From assembly GCA_963666345.1 (NCBI GenBank), contig OY762721.1:1504001-1568000 (forward strand): DNA of 64,000 bases, written 5' to 3'. Source of the stretch: Desulfatiglandales bacterium. Lineage in GTDB: Bacteria; Desulfobacterota; DSM-4660; Desulfatiglandales; Desulfatiglandaceae. The notes under the pieces were generated by a model that saw nothing but the letters and a program-made list of their open reading frames with translations, was not told the DNA's origin and ran no database searches. The number at the start of each line of letters is the position of its first letter. Position 1 is the stretch's first letter. Made by a program: the position numbers and the translations under genes. Positions 10,326 to 21,550 of the stretch are shown here, piece after piece.

Positions 10326-10985
10326 ATGACACAGGAGCAATACCTGCAGGACACACTTATCAGAAGCGATATCTACCGTCAGATCTATCACCTCTTTGAG
10401 TACCCGGGGGAAGATTCAGGGATCTTTTTACTGAAACGGATGGAGCTTTCCCTTCCGTATAAAGCAGATCCTCTTGACCTGAACTCGATTAAAAAACAGA
10501 TGATTGATTTTCTTGAAAAAGATTCTTCCCATGAGGAAACAGAGGCCGAATATGTCAGGCTTTTTGACTACAGGCCGGTCTGTCCTCCCTATGAAACCGC
10601 CTATCGCAAAGGGGTAAGGCCGCATCAGTTCATAAATGAGCTTGTTTCCCTGTACGGGGAATCGGGAATCAAATGTGATGAAACCAGGGCCCCGGACCAC
10701 ATATCAGTGGAATTCGAGTTCATGCACTACCTCTGTTTCAAGGAGGCCACAGCCGCAGAGAGCGAACAGGCAGCCTGGAAAGACAGGCAGAGGTCCTTTT
10801 TCAACGACCACCTGTATGAATGGGTACCAGTCATGTGTGAGAAATTGATCCAAAAGGCGGCCTCCCCCTTTTCCCTGCTGGGTGAAATGATAAGGATCAT
10901 AATGCAGGCAGAGGCGGCATGGCTTGAACATACAGGGGCCGCTTCAGGTACGATCCAGTCTTCTTCCGATATCAAAAACAATTGA
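10326..10985 (+). CDS. TorD/DmsD-family molybdoenzyme chaperone
   Basis: EYVRLF, PPYETAY, PDHISVEFEFM, FFNDHLYEW. Confidence 0.9.
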   Translation: MTQEQYLQDTLIRSDIYRQIYHLFEYPGEDSGIFLLKRMELSLPYKADPLDLNSIKKQMIDFLEKDSSHEETEAEYVRLFDYRPVCPPYETAYRKGVRPHQFINELVSLYGESGIKCDETRAPDHISVEFEFMHYLCFKEATAAESEQAAWKDRQRSFFNDHLYEWVPVMCEKLIQKAASPFSLLGEMIRIIMQAEAAWLEHTGAASGTIQSSSDIKNN

Positions 10986-11271
10986 CACGACCTGTCTTCT
11001 CAATTGTGAACAAGGACCCCCGGCTCCTTGAATCCTCCTTAAACAGACCCGTCCGGTTTCAGATAACCCGTTTATCCTGCCTTATGAACTTGAGGCGCCG
11101 GGGAAATAATCCATATTTATTTTATTGCCCAACCGGTAAAAAGTGTTTACCTTAGTACCTGTAGGCTTTTTGGTCATGTTTTATCTCTTATGACCTGCCG
11201 CCTCTTCTCAGAAACGGGCCATAAAAAAAACAGGCTCCCTGAAACATTCACAGGCAAAAAAGGAGGAATCC

Positions 11272-12096
11272 ATGTGGGAATATTCTGATAAGGTCAAGGA
11301 ACATTTTCTTAATCCAAGAAACGCAGGTGATATGGAGGATGCCAACGCCGTGGGCGAGGTAGGCTCCATGGCCTGTGGAGACGCACTCAAACTCTGCCTC
11401 AAGGTGGATGAAGAGGGGAAAATCGCCGATGCCAGTTTTCAGACATTCGGCTGCGCCAGTGCCATCGCCTCGGCCTCCGCGCTGACCGAGATGCTCAAAG
11501 GCAAAACCGTCAAGGAGGCGGAAAAGATAACCAATCAGGATATTGCCGACTACCTTGGAGGCCTTCCCAAGGAAAAGATGCACTGCTCGGTGCTGGGACG
11601 CCAGGCCCTTGAACAGGCCCTGGCCAACTACAAGGGAGAACCGGTAAAGGAGCAGGAAGGGGAGATCGTGTGTGAGTGTTTCGGTGTGACCGATCTGGAG
11701 ATAGAAAGGGCGATCAGGGAAAACAATCTCTCCACCGTAGAGGAGGTCACAAACTACACCAAGGCGGGAGGGGGCTGCGAGAACTGCCATGACACTATCC
11801 GGAATATCATCGCCACGGTGCGGGCCGAGGAAAAGCCCGCCGTCAAGCCCAGGCTCTCCAACATAAAAAAGATCAAGATGATCGAAGAGACCCTTGAAAG
11901 GGAAATAAGGCCCTCTTTGAAGCATGACGGGGGAGACATCGAACTGATAGACGTAATAGGTAATCGCGTACTGGTCTCCCCAAGGAGGGCATGCGCCACC
12001 TGCCGGGCATCCCAGCAGACGCTGAAGCATCTCGTAGAGGCCAAACTGAGAGAGTTTGTCTCCCCTGAACTTGTCGTGGAGGAGGTGAGCTCATGA
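11272..12096 (+). CDS. nifU: Fe-S cluster assembly scaffold NifU
   Basis: MWEYSDKVKEHF, CGDAL, FGCASA, KMHCS, CECF..CENC, C-terminal CATC Nfu domain. Confidence 0.95.
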   Translation: MWEYSDKVKEHFLNPRNAGDMEDANAVGEVGSMACGDALKLCLKVDEEGKIADASFQTFGCASAIASASALTEMLKGKTVKEAEKITNQDIADYLGGLPKEKMHCSVLGRQALEQALANYKGEPVKEQEGEIVCECFGVTDLEIERAIRENNLSTVEEVTNYTKAGGGCENCHDTIRNIIATVRAEEKPAVKPRLSNIKKIKMIEETLEREIRPSLKHDGGDIELIDVIGNRVLVSPRRACATCRASQQTLKHLVEAKLREFVSPELVVEEVSS

Positions 12097-13277
12097 AGAC
12101 GATCTATCTGGATAACAATGCCACCACTCAGGTGGCGCCGGAAGTGCTTGACGCCATGCTGCCCTATTTACGCGAACAATACGGAAATCCCTCAAGCGCC
12201 TATTCATTCGGAGGACAGGTGGCCCGAAAGATCAGGAAGGCCAGGGAGCAGGTCGCGGCCCTTATCGGAGCGATGCCCGAGGAGATCATCTTTACAAGCT
12301 GCGGGTCGGAAAGCGACAGCTCGGCCGTCAGGTCGGCCCTTGCCACGGAGACAGGCAGACGGCATATCGTGACAAGCCGGGTGGAACACCCGGCAATCAA
12401 GGCACTCTGCTCACATCTTTCCAATAAGGGCTACCTGGTAACCGAGATCCCTGTAGACGGAAAAGGGGTCCTTGACATGGAGCGTTACAGGGAAAGCCTC
12501 ACGCCTGACACGGCCATTGCGAGCATCATGTGGGCCAACAACGAGACAGGTGTCATCTTTCCGGTGGAAGAGGCCGCTCGCATGGCAAAGGAAAGAGGCA
12601 TACTGTTTCATTCAGACGCGGTTCAGATTACCGGGAAAATGCCGTACGACATGTCAAAGAGCAGCATCGACATGCTCTCCGTCTCAGGCCACAAGCTGCA
12701 TGCTCCAAAGGGGATCGGCATACTCTACGTGCGCAAGGGCACAAAGTTTTCCCCGTTTCTCATAGGAGGTCACCAGGAAAAGGGAAGGCGCGGAGGCACG
12801 GAGAACACGGCAAGCATCATAGGCCTTGGAAAGGCGTGCGAACTGGCACTCAGGAACATGGACACGGAGAACAGGGAAGTAAAAAGTCTCAGGGACAGGC
12901 TTGAATCCGAGTTATTAAAGAGGATCCCGAACAGCCACGTCAACGGCGATATTTCAAACCGGCTTCCGAACACAAGCAACATCAGCTTTGAATCGATTGA
13001 AGGAGAATCGATCCTGCTCATGATGGATGAGCTCGGCATCTGCGCATCCTCGGGATCGGCCTGCACCTCCGGGTCACTTCAGCCCTCGCACGTGCTTCGG
13101 GCGATGGGGGTTCCTTTCACCATGGCCCATGGATCTGTGAGGTTCTCCTTAAGCATATACAACAATGAGGAAGAAATAGATTTTGTCATTGATAAGATGC
13201 CACCGATCATCGAAAAACTGAGGGCGCTGTCTCCATACTGGAAGCCTGACGGGAAGGCCTGTGCCTCAGGGGAGTAA
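12093..13277 (+). CDS. nifS: Cysteine desulfurase NifS
   Basis: [26 protein letters not shown]; overlaps nifU. Confidence 0.95.
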   Translation: MKTIYLDNNATTQVAPEVLDAMLPYLREQYGNPSSAYSFGGQVARKIRKAREQVAALIGAMPEEIIFTSCGSESDSSAVRSALATETGRRHIVTSRVEHPAIKALCSHLSNKGYLVTEIPVDGKGVLDMERYRESLTPDTAIASIMWANNETGVIFPVEEAARMAKERGILFHSDAVQITGKMPYDMSKSSIDMLSVSGHKLHAPKGIGILYVRKGTKFSPFLIGGHQEKGRRGGTENTASIIGLGKACELALRNMDTENREVKSLRDRLESELLKRIPNSHVNGDISNRLPNTSNISFESIEGESILLMMDELGICASSGSACTSGSLQPSHVLRAMGVPFTMAHGSVRFSLSIYNNEEEIDFVIDKMPPIIEKLRALSPYWKPDGKACASGE

Positions 13278-13285
13278 TTTTCGCC

Positions 13286-14242
13286 ATGGAAGAGTCTTCT
13301 AACGAGAGGTGTAAGACTTCGATTGCCGACACCGAACAATACCGGGCCGAGATCCCTGAGATCGTCGACCGGCTGGTCTTAAGCTGCGGGCAAAAGGAAT
13401 GCTTCGATCACGTGGGGCCGGAATCGATCTCATCCAGGGATTCCATCATAGAGCTCCTGGACATGGCAAGGCGGATACTCTATCCAGGTTATTTTATCCG
13501 TTCCAGGGTGGATCGAGTCAATCTTTCCTACTATTTCGGTCAGGAGGTGACGGCCTTCTTTGAGGTGCTGGCGGAGCAGATCACGCTCGCCATCAGGCAT
13601 GACTGCCTCAGGTACGGGCAGCCCTGCACCCATTGCGAAGACAGGGGCAAGGAGACAGCCATTGCCTTTGTCCGTGAAATGCCGCAACTTAGATCCGCCC
13701 TTGCCGCGGACGTGCGTGCGGCCTATGACGGGGACCCGGCCGCAAAGAGCTATGACGAGATCATATTCAGCTATCCAGGCATCTACGCGATCACTGTTTA
13801 CCGCATCGCCCACCAGCTCTATCATCAGGAGACCCCTCTTATCCCCCGCATCATGACCGAGCATGCCCACTCTCTAACCGGTATCGATATCCATCCGGCC
13901 GCCCATATAGGCGACAGCTTCGTCATCGATCATGGTACCGGAGTGGTGGTGGGAGAAACCACTGAGATAGGTGACCGGGTCAGGCTCTATCAGGGGGTGA
14001 CCCTGGGAGCACTGTCCCTGCCACGGAATTCTGCTGCCGCCCTGAGGAACAAAAAGCGCCACCCAACCATCGAAGACGACGTCATCATATATGCCGGTGC
14101 CACCATACTGGGTGGAGACACGGTCATAGGGGCACGTTCGGTGATAGGCGGAAACGTGTGGATCACAGGTTCGGTGCCGCCCGACAACAAGGTCTTTCTC
14201 AAAAAACCTGAACTGCTCTTCAAGGATAAATCCGCCTCCTGA
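13286..14242 (+). CDS. cysE: Serine O-acetyltransferase
   Basis: [33 protein letters not shown]. Confidence 0.92.
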   Translation: MEESSNERCKTSIADTEQYRAEIPEIVDRLVLSCGQKECFDHVGPESISSRDSIIELLDMARRILYPGYFIRSRVDRVNLSYYFGQEVTAFFEVLAEQITLAIRHDCLRYGQPCTHCEDRGKETAIAFVREMPQLRSALAADVRAAYDGDPAAKSYDEIIFSYPGIYAITVYRIAHQLYHQETPLIPRIMTEHAHSLTGIDIHPAAHIGDSFVIDHGTGVVVGETTEIGDRVRLYQGVTLGALSLPRNSAAALRNKKRHPTIEDDVIIYAGATILGGDTVIGARSVIGGNVWITGSVPPDNKVFLKKPELLFKDKSAS

Positions 14243-14271
14243 GCCGAAAACCTCAAAAAGGGTGATCAGAG

Positions 14272-15201
14272 ATGAACGGGATCTTTTCCGATATTACCAA
14301 AACCGTGGGCGCAACTCCTCTGGTCAGGTTGAACCGGATTTCAGAAGGCCTGCCAGCCGCCATACTGGCCAAACTGGAATTCAAAAATCCCCTCGGCAGT
14401 GTCAAAGACAGGATAGGCCTTGCCATGATCGAGGCCGGCGAGAGGCTGGGTCTTATCGGTAGGGATACCCTGATAGTGGAGCCGACAAGCGGAAACACCG
14501 GCATCGCGCTCGCCTTTGTCTGCGCTGTAAGGAGATACCCTCTCATCCTCACCATGCCCGAGACCCTCAGTGTGGAGCGCAGAAAGATCCTCAAGCACCT
14601 GGGAGCCGAACTCGTCCTTACTCCCGGGGCCGAAGGCATGACCGGGGCCATTAATAAGGCCCGCGAGATCCTGGCTGAATCCCCCGGCTCCTACATGCCG
14701 GATCAGTTCAGCAACCCCGCCAATCCTGAGATCCACCGTAAGACCACCGCGGAGGAGATCTGGCAGGCAACCGGGGGGGCCGTGGATATCCTGGTGGCGG
14801 GAGTCGGCACGGGCGGGACCATCACAGGCACATCGGAGGTGCTCAAGGCGCGCAAACCGACCGTAAAATCGGTGGCGGTCGAACCGGTTGACTCACCCGT
14901 GCTTTCAGGGGGAAATCCGGGACCGCACAAGATCCAGGGTATCGGAGCGGGATTCGTCCCCGGGGTACTCAACAGAGAAATCATCGATGAGATCTTCACG
15001 GTAACACATGAGCAGGCCTTTGACACGGCAAGAAGACTTGCAAGGCTTGAGGGCATCTTCTGCGGGATTTCCTCAGGGGCGGCTGTTGCGGCAGCCCTTG
15101 AAATAGCGGGAAGGAAGGAAAGCGGAGGGAAGCTGATCGTTACCATCATACCCAGCACCGGAGAGCGTTACCTCAGCACCGAGCTGTTTCAGGACATCTG
15201 A
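14272..15201 (+). CDS. cysK: Cysteine synthase A
   Basis: [40 protein letters not shown]. Confidence 0.95.
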   Translation: MNGIFSDITKTVGATPLVRLNRISEGLPAAILAKLEFKNPLGSVKDRIGLAMIEAGERLGLIGRDTLIVEPTSGNTGIALAFVCAVRRYPLILTMPETLSVERRKILKHLGAELVLTPGAEGMTGAINKAREILAESPGSYMPDQFSNPANPEIHRKTTAEEIWQATGGAVDILVAGVGTGGTITGTSEVLKARKPTVKSVAVEPVDSPVLSGGNPGPHKIQGIGAGFVPGVLNREIIDEIFTVTHEQAFDTARRLARLEGIFCGISSGAAVAAALEIAGRKESGGKLIVTIIPSTGERYLSTELFQDI

Positions 15202-15266
15202 CGCTCTTCAGCCTCTGTAAGCCCCCGCCTCTATCCAGGCTGGCCTTCACCACACATTACCTCTAG

Positions 15267-15321
15267 AATCAACCGGTTATAAATACATAAGGCCGGACTC
15301 CAATCCGGTACCGGTCTTGCT
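15267..15321 (+). promoter_or_regulatory. Possible IHF site plus sigma54-like -24/-12 element
   Basis: AATCAACCGGTTA matches WATCAANNNNTTR; CGGTACCGGTCTTGCT has GG-N10-GC; a TTGACA also lies at 15446. Confidence 0.35.
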
Positions 15322-15515
15322 TTTGATATCTTCCCGCCCCGCCCGATCAGGTATTTGCCCATATTCCGGTTCGCGGGACGGTTCCTGACGCCCCTTGCCC
15401 TTGTCTTTCTTAACGGCCTGGGACTCCTTTAGGCCGGGTCCTGCGTTGACATTTCAGGTATGACCCGTTATGAGTAAGTTCCTGAAATCTAATGCAGGTT
15501 AAATAAGGAGGCATC

Positions 15516-16925
15516 ATGTCGTCAAGGATTACACCCACGGGAGTCATACGCTATCAACCGGAGAAAAGCTGGGCAGGGCTGACCGTTATACCGGCCCTCA
15601 TAGGCATGTCTTATGCAAAGGGTGCCGTCCTGATAGACATGAACGGAAACATCGTAAACACCTGGGAGGGTCTTTACGGGGTGTTCGACAACAAGATGCT
15701 TCCGAACGGCCGGATCCTCGGATGCACCCGCTTTTCTCCCGGGTACTGGCTTGACGGCATGAATCTGACCCAGATGGACTGGGACGGCCGCACAGAGTGG
15801 AGTTTTGACAGGGGCGAGGAACTGAAAAACCCCCAAACCGGGCAAACCTTCTGGTCGGCCAGGGCCCATCACGACTTCCAGCGGGAAGGAAGCCCCTGCG
15901 GATATTTCTCCCCGGAACAGGAGCCCCTCACAAGAGGCAGGACCCTCATAAATTCAGCCACCACAAAGAGGATAGAGGATCTGTGTCCCCATCCCATAAT
16001 CGACACCAGGCTGATCGAGATCGACCGGGAGGGCCGGATTGTCTGGAGCTGGGAACTCATGGATCACTGGGACGAGTTCGGTGTGGAGGAAATAGCAAGG
16101 GCCGTGTTTCACCGCTACTTCAACAAGTTCGAAGAATCCGACTATGTCAAGGACATATACTGCAACAACGTAAACCACCTGGGACCCAACCGCTGGTATG
16201 AAGCGGGGGACGACAGGTTCCACCCGGAAAACATCATCACGGATATCAGGATACTCAACACCTCATTTATTATCGACGGAAAGAGCGGACATATTGTCTG
16301 GCGCATGGGACCTGACTTTACATATTCAAAAAACCTCCAGGCAATAGGCCAGATCGTGGGGCAGCACCACGTTCACATGATCCCCAAAGGCCTGCCGGGT
16401 GAAGGAAACATCCTGCTTTTTGATAACGGCGGTCAGGCCGGACTCGGAAGCCCCACCCCGTGCGGCCCCACAGGCTACTGCAACTGCACGAGGGGCTATT
16501 CACGGGTCCTTGAGATAAACCCCGTGACCATGGAAAAGGTATGGGCCTTCAACGACTTGGATCTCGACTATAACGGAAAAATCGAGGCACGCGCCTTTGA
16601 CAACAAGCTCTTCAGCGAGTACTGCTCGAGCGCGGACAGGCTTCCAAACGGAAACACCCTTATAACCGAGACCATCCCGGGAAGGGTGATCGAGGTGACG
16701 CCTCAGAAGGAGATCGTGTGGGAGTACATCAATCCGGGCGGCGCCCTTTTCAGGGCCCACCGTTATCCCTACGAGTGGTTCCCGCAGGTTGAAACGCCCA
16801 AAGAAACATGGGTGAGTCCCCCTGAAAACAGAAACATCCGCATCACCCCTGAAGGCGGCGTCGAATGGGTTGAGGCCCATCCCATATACGGGGACGTGAT
16901 GCTCCCGCACATTCCAACCGAGTGA
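15516..16925 (+). CDS. Arylsulfate sulfotransferase (ASST) family protein, no signal peptide
   Basis: ARAHHDFQREG, GQHHVHMIP.GLPGEGNILLFDNGG, YSRVLEINPVT, RLPNGNTLITE. Confidence 0.85.
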   Translation: MSSRITPTGVIRYQPEKSWAGLTVIPALIGMSYAKGAVLIDMNGNIVNTWEGLYGVFDNKMLPNGRILGCTRFSPGYWLDGMNLTQMDWDGRTEWSFDRGEELKNPQTGQTFWSARAHHDFQREGSPCGYFSPEQEPLTRGRTLINSATTKRIEDLCPHPIIDTRLIEIDREGRIVWSWELMDHWDEFGVEEIARAVFHRYFNKFEESDYVKDIYCNNVNHLGPNRWYEAGDDRFHPENIITDIRILNTSFIIDGKSGHIVWRMGPDFTYSKNLQAIGQIVGQHHVHMIPKGLPGEGNILLFDNGGQAGLGSPTPCGPTGYCNCTRGYSRVLEINPVTMEKVWAFNDLDLDYNGKIEARAFDNKLFSEYCSSADRLPNGNTLITETIPGRVIEVTPQKEIVWEYINPGGALFRAHRYPYEWFPQVETPKETWVSPPENRNIRITPEGGVEWVEAHPIYGDVMLPHIPTE

Positions 16926-16981
16926 AAAAAACCGGGCAGGAAGGCTCTTAAACCAGTTACCTTAAATCGGGATATTTTTTC

Positions 16982-17941
16982 ATGGAGACTCACATGCAAA
17001 ATGATTTTTCACTCTGTCACGAGATTATTGAAAATATCGCCACGGTCTTTGTCGGCAAAAAAAGCGCGATTGAACTCCTGCTGACCGCGGTCCTTTCAGA
17101 AGGGCACATAATGGTGGAGGACGTCCCGGGGCTGGGCAAGACACTTCTGGCCAAGGCCCTTGCCCGCAGCATGGGCGGGGCATTCAAGCGGGTGCAGTTC
17201 ACCTCCGATCTCCTTCCCGCCGACATCACCGGTTTCAATGTCTATAACCGCAAGACAGGGGCATTTGATTTTCAGCCCGGCCCGGTAATGACCAATGTCC
17301 TTCTTGCCGATGAGATAAACCGCACCATCCCCAGGACACAGGCAAGCCTGCTCGAGAGCATGGAGGAACGCCAGGTCACGGTCGAAGGAAAGACATATCA
17401 GCTTCCCCGCCCCTTTCTCGTGCTTGCAACGCAGAACCCGATCGAGCTTGAAGGCACCTTCCCCCTGCCCGAGGCGCAGCTTGACAGATTTCTTCTCAGG
17501 ATAAAGCTCGGATACCCGAGCAGGCAGGAGGAAAACATGATCCTTGAAAGGTTCCAGGAGGCGGACCCCATGCAGGACATGAAGGCCGTATCCGATCCCG
17601 TCCGGATAGAGGCAATGCAGCGGATGTGCCGGAGAATACATGTGTCCCCCCCTGTCAGAAGCTATATCACCGGGCTTGTGGGACGCACACGCAGCCATCC
17701 CGCTTTTCGATACGGCGCGAGCCCCAGGGGATCCCTCGGGCTCATGAGAGCGGCACAGGCTCAGGCCGCACTCGACAACCGCTCATATGTGCTTCCCGAT
17801 GACGTAAAAAAGGTCTTTGAGCCGGTCCTGGCACACAGGATCATCCTCAAGGATGAAGAAAAACTGAGAGGCGGGACACCACTTGATTTTCTCGGCGAAA
17901 TCATTGATCAGGTAGATCCTCCTGTTGCAGCCGGGGGGTGA
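16982..17941 (+). CDS. moxR: MoxR-family AAA+ ATPase
   Basis: EDVPGLGKT, LADEINR, ATQNPIE.EGTFPLPEAQLDRF, GASPRG. Confidence 0.93.
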   Translation: METHMQNDFSLCHEIIENIATVFVGKKSAIELLLTAVLSEGHIMVEDVPGLGKTLLAKALARSMGGAFKRVQFTSDLLPADITGFNVYNRKTGAFDFQPGPVMTNVLLADEINRTIPRTQASLLESMEERQVTVEGKTYQLPRPFLVLATQNPIELEGTFPLPEAQLDRFLLRIKLGYPSRQEENMILERFQEADPMQDMKAVSDPVRIEAMQRMCRRIHVSPPVRSYITGLVGRTRSHPAFRYGASPRGSLGLMRAAQAQAALDNRSYVLPDDVKKVFEPVLAHRIILKDEEKLRGGTPLDFLGEIIDQVDPPVAAGG

Positions 17942-17945
17942 TTCC

Positions 17946-19130
17946 ATGAGTGAGCAGGAACTCAGGGTTCCCAGCATCTATACGGTACCGCTTATCTGGC
18001 TGATCATAGGGGCGATCTTTTTTTCCGCCCTTATCCACCTTGAGCGCGAACTCATCCTGCTGTGTGCATGTTTCTTCGGTATTGTAGGCCTTTGCAAAGG
18101 CTGGAGCCGTTTGAGCGCGAGACACCTGGAGCTTGAGACAGACCTGGATCGCAGGCGTCTTTTCCCCGGAGAGACCGCGTCTCTTACGGTTACCGCCACA
18201 AACAGGAAATTTCTTCCCCTGTGGCTCAATCTGTCCATTCCCATACGAAAGGATGGAGGCATCTCATGCGAGTCAGGCTCCTCCGGTTTTGACGCGGCAC
18301 TTCTCTGGTACCGGTCGGCCGTATTTGAGTGGAAACTCCGGCTGCACAAAAGGGGAGTATACAACCTGGGGCCGGAAAACATGTTAACGGGCGATCTCCT
18401 TGGGCTTTTCCCAAGGATGACAAATTCCTTCGCAGCCAGGGAGCTGATAGTCTATCCGAGGCTCATCCCGGTCAGGGATATGGCGATTCCAAAGACCGAA
18501 CTGTTCGGGGCCCCCGGATCAAAGAGCCCTGTAACCGATCCGGTTTACATAACAGGGACAAGGGATTATCAGGCCGGCAGCCCGGCACGCTTCATTAACT
18601 GGCGGGCAAGCGCAAGACACGGGAAATTGCAGGAAAAGGTCTTTGAGCCCTCTGCCAGGGAAAAGGCCCTTCTTGTCCTCGACACCCGCGGTTTCTCCGA
18701 CGCCTGCGATGAGGCGGGCTTTGAACACGCACTTGAACTCATCGGCTCCATGTCGGTTGATTTTGATAAAAGGGGTATGGAGGCGGGTTTTCTTTCAAAC
18801 GGTATGATCGAGGGAAAAGGCCCTTACGCCTCGGTAGGGGCAGGCCCCCGCAGGGCGGTTCATGTCCTTGAAACACTTGCCAGGCTCAAAATGAGGCCCC
18901 TGTATTCGATCGATAAACTGTTTCAGGATTCCGGGTCCCGGTCTAACGCGACCGTGTTTATCCTGTTTTGCAGGCAGGTCGACCCTGAGATCCTCTCTCT
19001 TAGACGCCTGCTTGATAAAACGGGCAAAAAAGTCCTGATAGTGGAACGAGATAAGATAGACCCGCTGGAAAAGGGAACTCATGAAGGGATCTATTCCATG
19101 GATGAACTGAGGGGAAGGAGCGATTCTTGA
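17946..19130 (+). CDS. DUF58 domain protein
   Basis: RDYQAG.P.R.INWRASAR..KLQEKVFEP; follows moxR. Confidence 0.88.
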   Translation: MSEQELRVPSIYTVPLIWLIIGAIFFSALIHLERELILLCACFFGIVGLCKGWSRLSARHLELETDLDRRRLFPGETASLTVTATNRKFLPLWLNLSIPIRKDGGISCESGSSGFDAALLWYRSAVFEWKLRLHKRGVYNLGPENMLTGDLLGLFPRMTNSFAARELIVYPRLIPVRDMAIPKTELFGAPGSKSPVTDPVYITGTRDYQAGSPARFINWRASARHGKLQEKVFEPSAREKALLVLDTRGFSDACDEAGFEHALELIGSMSVDFDKRGMEAGFLSNGMIEGKGPYASVGAGPRRAVHVLETLARLKMRPLYSIDKLFQDSGSRSNATVFILFCRQVDPEILSLRRLLDKTGKKVLIVERDKIDPLEKGTHEGIYSMDELRGRSDS

Positions 19131-20545
19131 GACCTGCCCTTATCATCGCCATGACGGCCATGGAACTGAGCTGGCTCTATGCGTGGTCCAACTACCTCTG
19201 CCTCGGGTTTATCGGGCAAAACGCCCCTTTCCTTCCCATGATTATTTCCCTTATGACGGGGGCGGCACTTACCTGCCTGCTCAGAGGCCGCGGACTCAGG
19301 ATCATATATCCGGCAGCCATCCAGGCCGCCGGTTTCGCCTTTGCCTGCTACCAGATGCTCAGGTATTTACACGCGCCTCAATCCCCCTTTTTTCAGGTTG
19401 ACTGGCTCGTTTCGCTTTTAACCTCCCCTCATGACGCCCTGACCTGGCTCAGGATTCTGTTTGAGGCGATAATGGCAACCTTCTGCTGGCTGAGCGGTGT
19501 CATGCTTGCAGGGAGAAACTTTGATTATGAAAGCGCGGCAAGACGGTTCGACATAGGCCTTACCCTGATATTTACGCTTTTCATAATCAAATTTCTTATA
19601 AGGGTAAGATTTGAGACCCTGATATATGATCCGGGCGCGGGAATCTCCATGTTCGCGTTTCTCATTTCCGGGATTCTGTGTCTGGCTGTATCAAGGACTG
19701 AGGGGATGAGGTCCTCTGATGCCGGCCTCAAGGGAGTGGTATTTTCCCTGGCCGCGGCAGTGACCGCCCTGACCATCTGCTCGGGGGCGCTCGGGTTCAT
19801 CCTTTCCCCCATGGTCTCGGCGGCCGAAGGGGGCTACAGGCTTCTTACGGTCGCTTCAAGGCCGGTCGCATCCCTGACAGTGCGCTTTCTATGTTTCTTT
19901 TTCGGGCCGAGGAAAAATTACCGCGACTCCGAAGCCCCTGCAGGCTCAACCGGAGATCCGGGTATGGAGCAGATTTCGGCCGGCCACGAAGCTGGATTCA
20001 TGGACACTGTTGCAGAGATCTCGGCATGGCTGGCACTGTTTATCCTGTGCGCTGGGGCCCTTTTTATCACCGGGATACTTCTTTACAGGCTCTGGCTCTA
20101 CCTGCTTTCACGGTCGCCTGAAACCGAAAGGCCGGATGATTTCCGGCACCTGTTTCTGAAAGCACTTTCAGGGCTCATATCCGCCGTAAAGGCCTTTTTA
20201 AAAAACATGTTCAGGCTCTTTTCAGCGCCTTCTGACTGTGTGGCCATTTATCTCAAACTGACAGGCTGGGGAAGGATATGCGGTGTTCCGGGCCCGGCGG
20301 CCGAGACCCCGAGGGAATACGGCAGAAGACTTTCAGCCATATTTCCCGAAGTAACGCGTGAGATCATGGAAATAATCCACAGCCTTGAAGCAGAGGTATA
20401 TGCGGGAGACGATACAGGACAGGATCGATTCCTGAGGGCCTTAAAAGACCTGCGCAGGCTCAAAAGCCCTTCGCTCTGGCCTGCAATGGTCAAGACGCGC
20501 CTGTCCAGATCCTTTTTCAGACCTCCTTCTTTTCTGCGGAAATGA
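19127..20545 (+). CDS. Membrane protein with C-terminal DUF4129-like domain
   Basis: Multiple TM segments; ETPREYG.RL motif; third gene of moxR-DUF58 operon. Confidence 0.75.
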   Translation: MRPALIIAMTAMELSWLYAWSNYLCLGFIGQNAPFLPMIISLMTGAALTCLLRGRGLRIIYPAAIQAAGFAFACYQMLRYLHAPQSPFFQVDWLVSLLTSPHDALTWLRILFEAIMATFCWLSGVMLAGRNFDYESAARRFDIGLTLIFTLFIIKFLIRVRFETLIYDPGAGISMFAFLISGILCLAVSRTEGMRSSDAGLKGVVFSLAAAVTALTICSGALGFILSPMVSAAEGGYRLLTVASRPVASLTVRFLCFFFGPRKNYRDSEAPAGSTGDPGMEQISAGHEAGFMDTVAEISAWLALFILCAGALFITGILLYRLWLYLLSRSPETERPDDFRHLFLKALSGLISAVKAFLKNMFRLFSAPSDCVAIYLKLTGWGRICGVPGPAAETPREYGRRLSAIFPEVTREIMEIIHSLEAEVYAGDDTGQDRFLRALKDLRRLKSPSLWPAMVKTRLSRSFFRPPSFLRK

Positions 20546-21368
20546 CGAACAGGTTTCCGCCTATCTCTTCAAACCTTTTTTTGCACTCGGCGATATCCTG
20601 CTCAACCCGGCCTGAGGATATCGCCTCTTTCAGCTCCCTGCATCCCTTTTCCATCTCAACAGGGGAAAGATAGGTGAAATCTGAAAAGGATCTTCTGAAA
20701 AGCGGGTCAAGCGGGGCATCAGGCCTGTAGAAATCCCTTATCATGGGATCCTTTACCGGCTCAAACCTGACATCTGAAAGCCCCAGCTCCTTAAGCCATG
20801 CGGCAACCTGCCGCACCTTCGGCTGAATAATGAGTTTTTTCTTTAAGGCGCCGGGGAAATACCGCCAGAACCAGACAGCCTCGTTCTGCGACGGGTCCCT
20901 CTGGACGATGGCGACCGGTCCCTTTTTCACCACCCGAACAGCCTCTCTGAGCACATGCCTTCTTGAATCCTCCCTTGCATCCTGTGTAAGTGAAAAGGAT
21001 GCTCCCATGTGATGGAGGGACTGGATAAAAAACACGCCTGAAAAGCTTTTGTCGCCAAAAGGAAGGGCCGACATGTCCCCCCTCACCCGGTTTTTGATTC
21101 TGCCCTCTGCAATGGAGAGCATCCCTTCCGACATGTCAAGGCCTACCACGCGCCCGGAGCCGGGAAAAAGCTCATGCTCATACTGCCCTGTGCCGCAACC
21201 CACGCTCAGGACGGGTTTATGGCCACGCATTCCGCCCAGAAGGCTCTTCAGCCAGGCAAGGGTATTTTTACCAGGCCTGCGGAACCGGTCAAAGGATACT
21301 GCGTTTGAGTCGTAATCTGTAAGTGTCAGGATAGATTTTTTATGTTTGCTTGACTCCTGCCCGTTCAT
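20517..21368 (-). CDS. Class I SAM-dependent methyltransferase
   Basis: VLSVGCGTG, GLDMS..ML, GDMSALPF. Confidence 0.85.
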   Translation of the reverse strand: MNGQESSKHKKSILTLTDYDSNAVSFDRFRRPGKNTLAWLKSLLGGMRGHKPVLSVGCGTGQYEHELFPGSGRVVGLDMSEGMLSIAEGRIKNRVRGDMSALPFGDKSFSGVFFIQSLHHMGASFSLTQDAREDSRRHVLREAVRVVKKGPVAIVQRDPSQNEAVWFWRYFPGALKKKLIIQPKVRQVAAWLKELGLSDVRFEPVKDPMIRDFYRPDAPLDPLFRRSFSDFTYLSPVEMEKGCRELKEAISSGRVEQDIAECKKRFEEIGGNLFVISAEKKEV

Positions 21369-21550
21369 GGTATTATCTCCATAAGTAAAGGGTTCCGATC
21401 CCGGCGACCTGCTGCTTTATCCCTGAAAGGAGACAGTCTGCAATTTAAGGTACTTTCAACTTTAGTCACTTTAGTCACTTTTTTCATCCTACAGGCTGAC
21501 CCGGAATTTTATCAGAAAAACCAAGAGCCTTATACCAGGTATCAAACCAT

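Noticed and set aside
6381..21482. ACTTTAGTC short repeats at ~6394 and ~21459
   Set aside because: Short low-complexity intergenic repeats with no assignable function.
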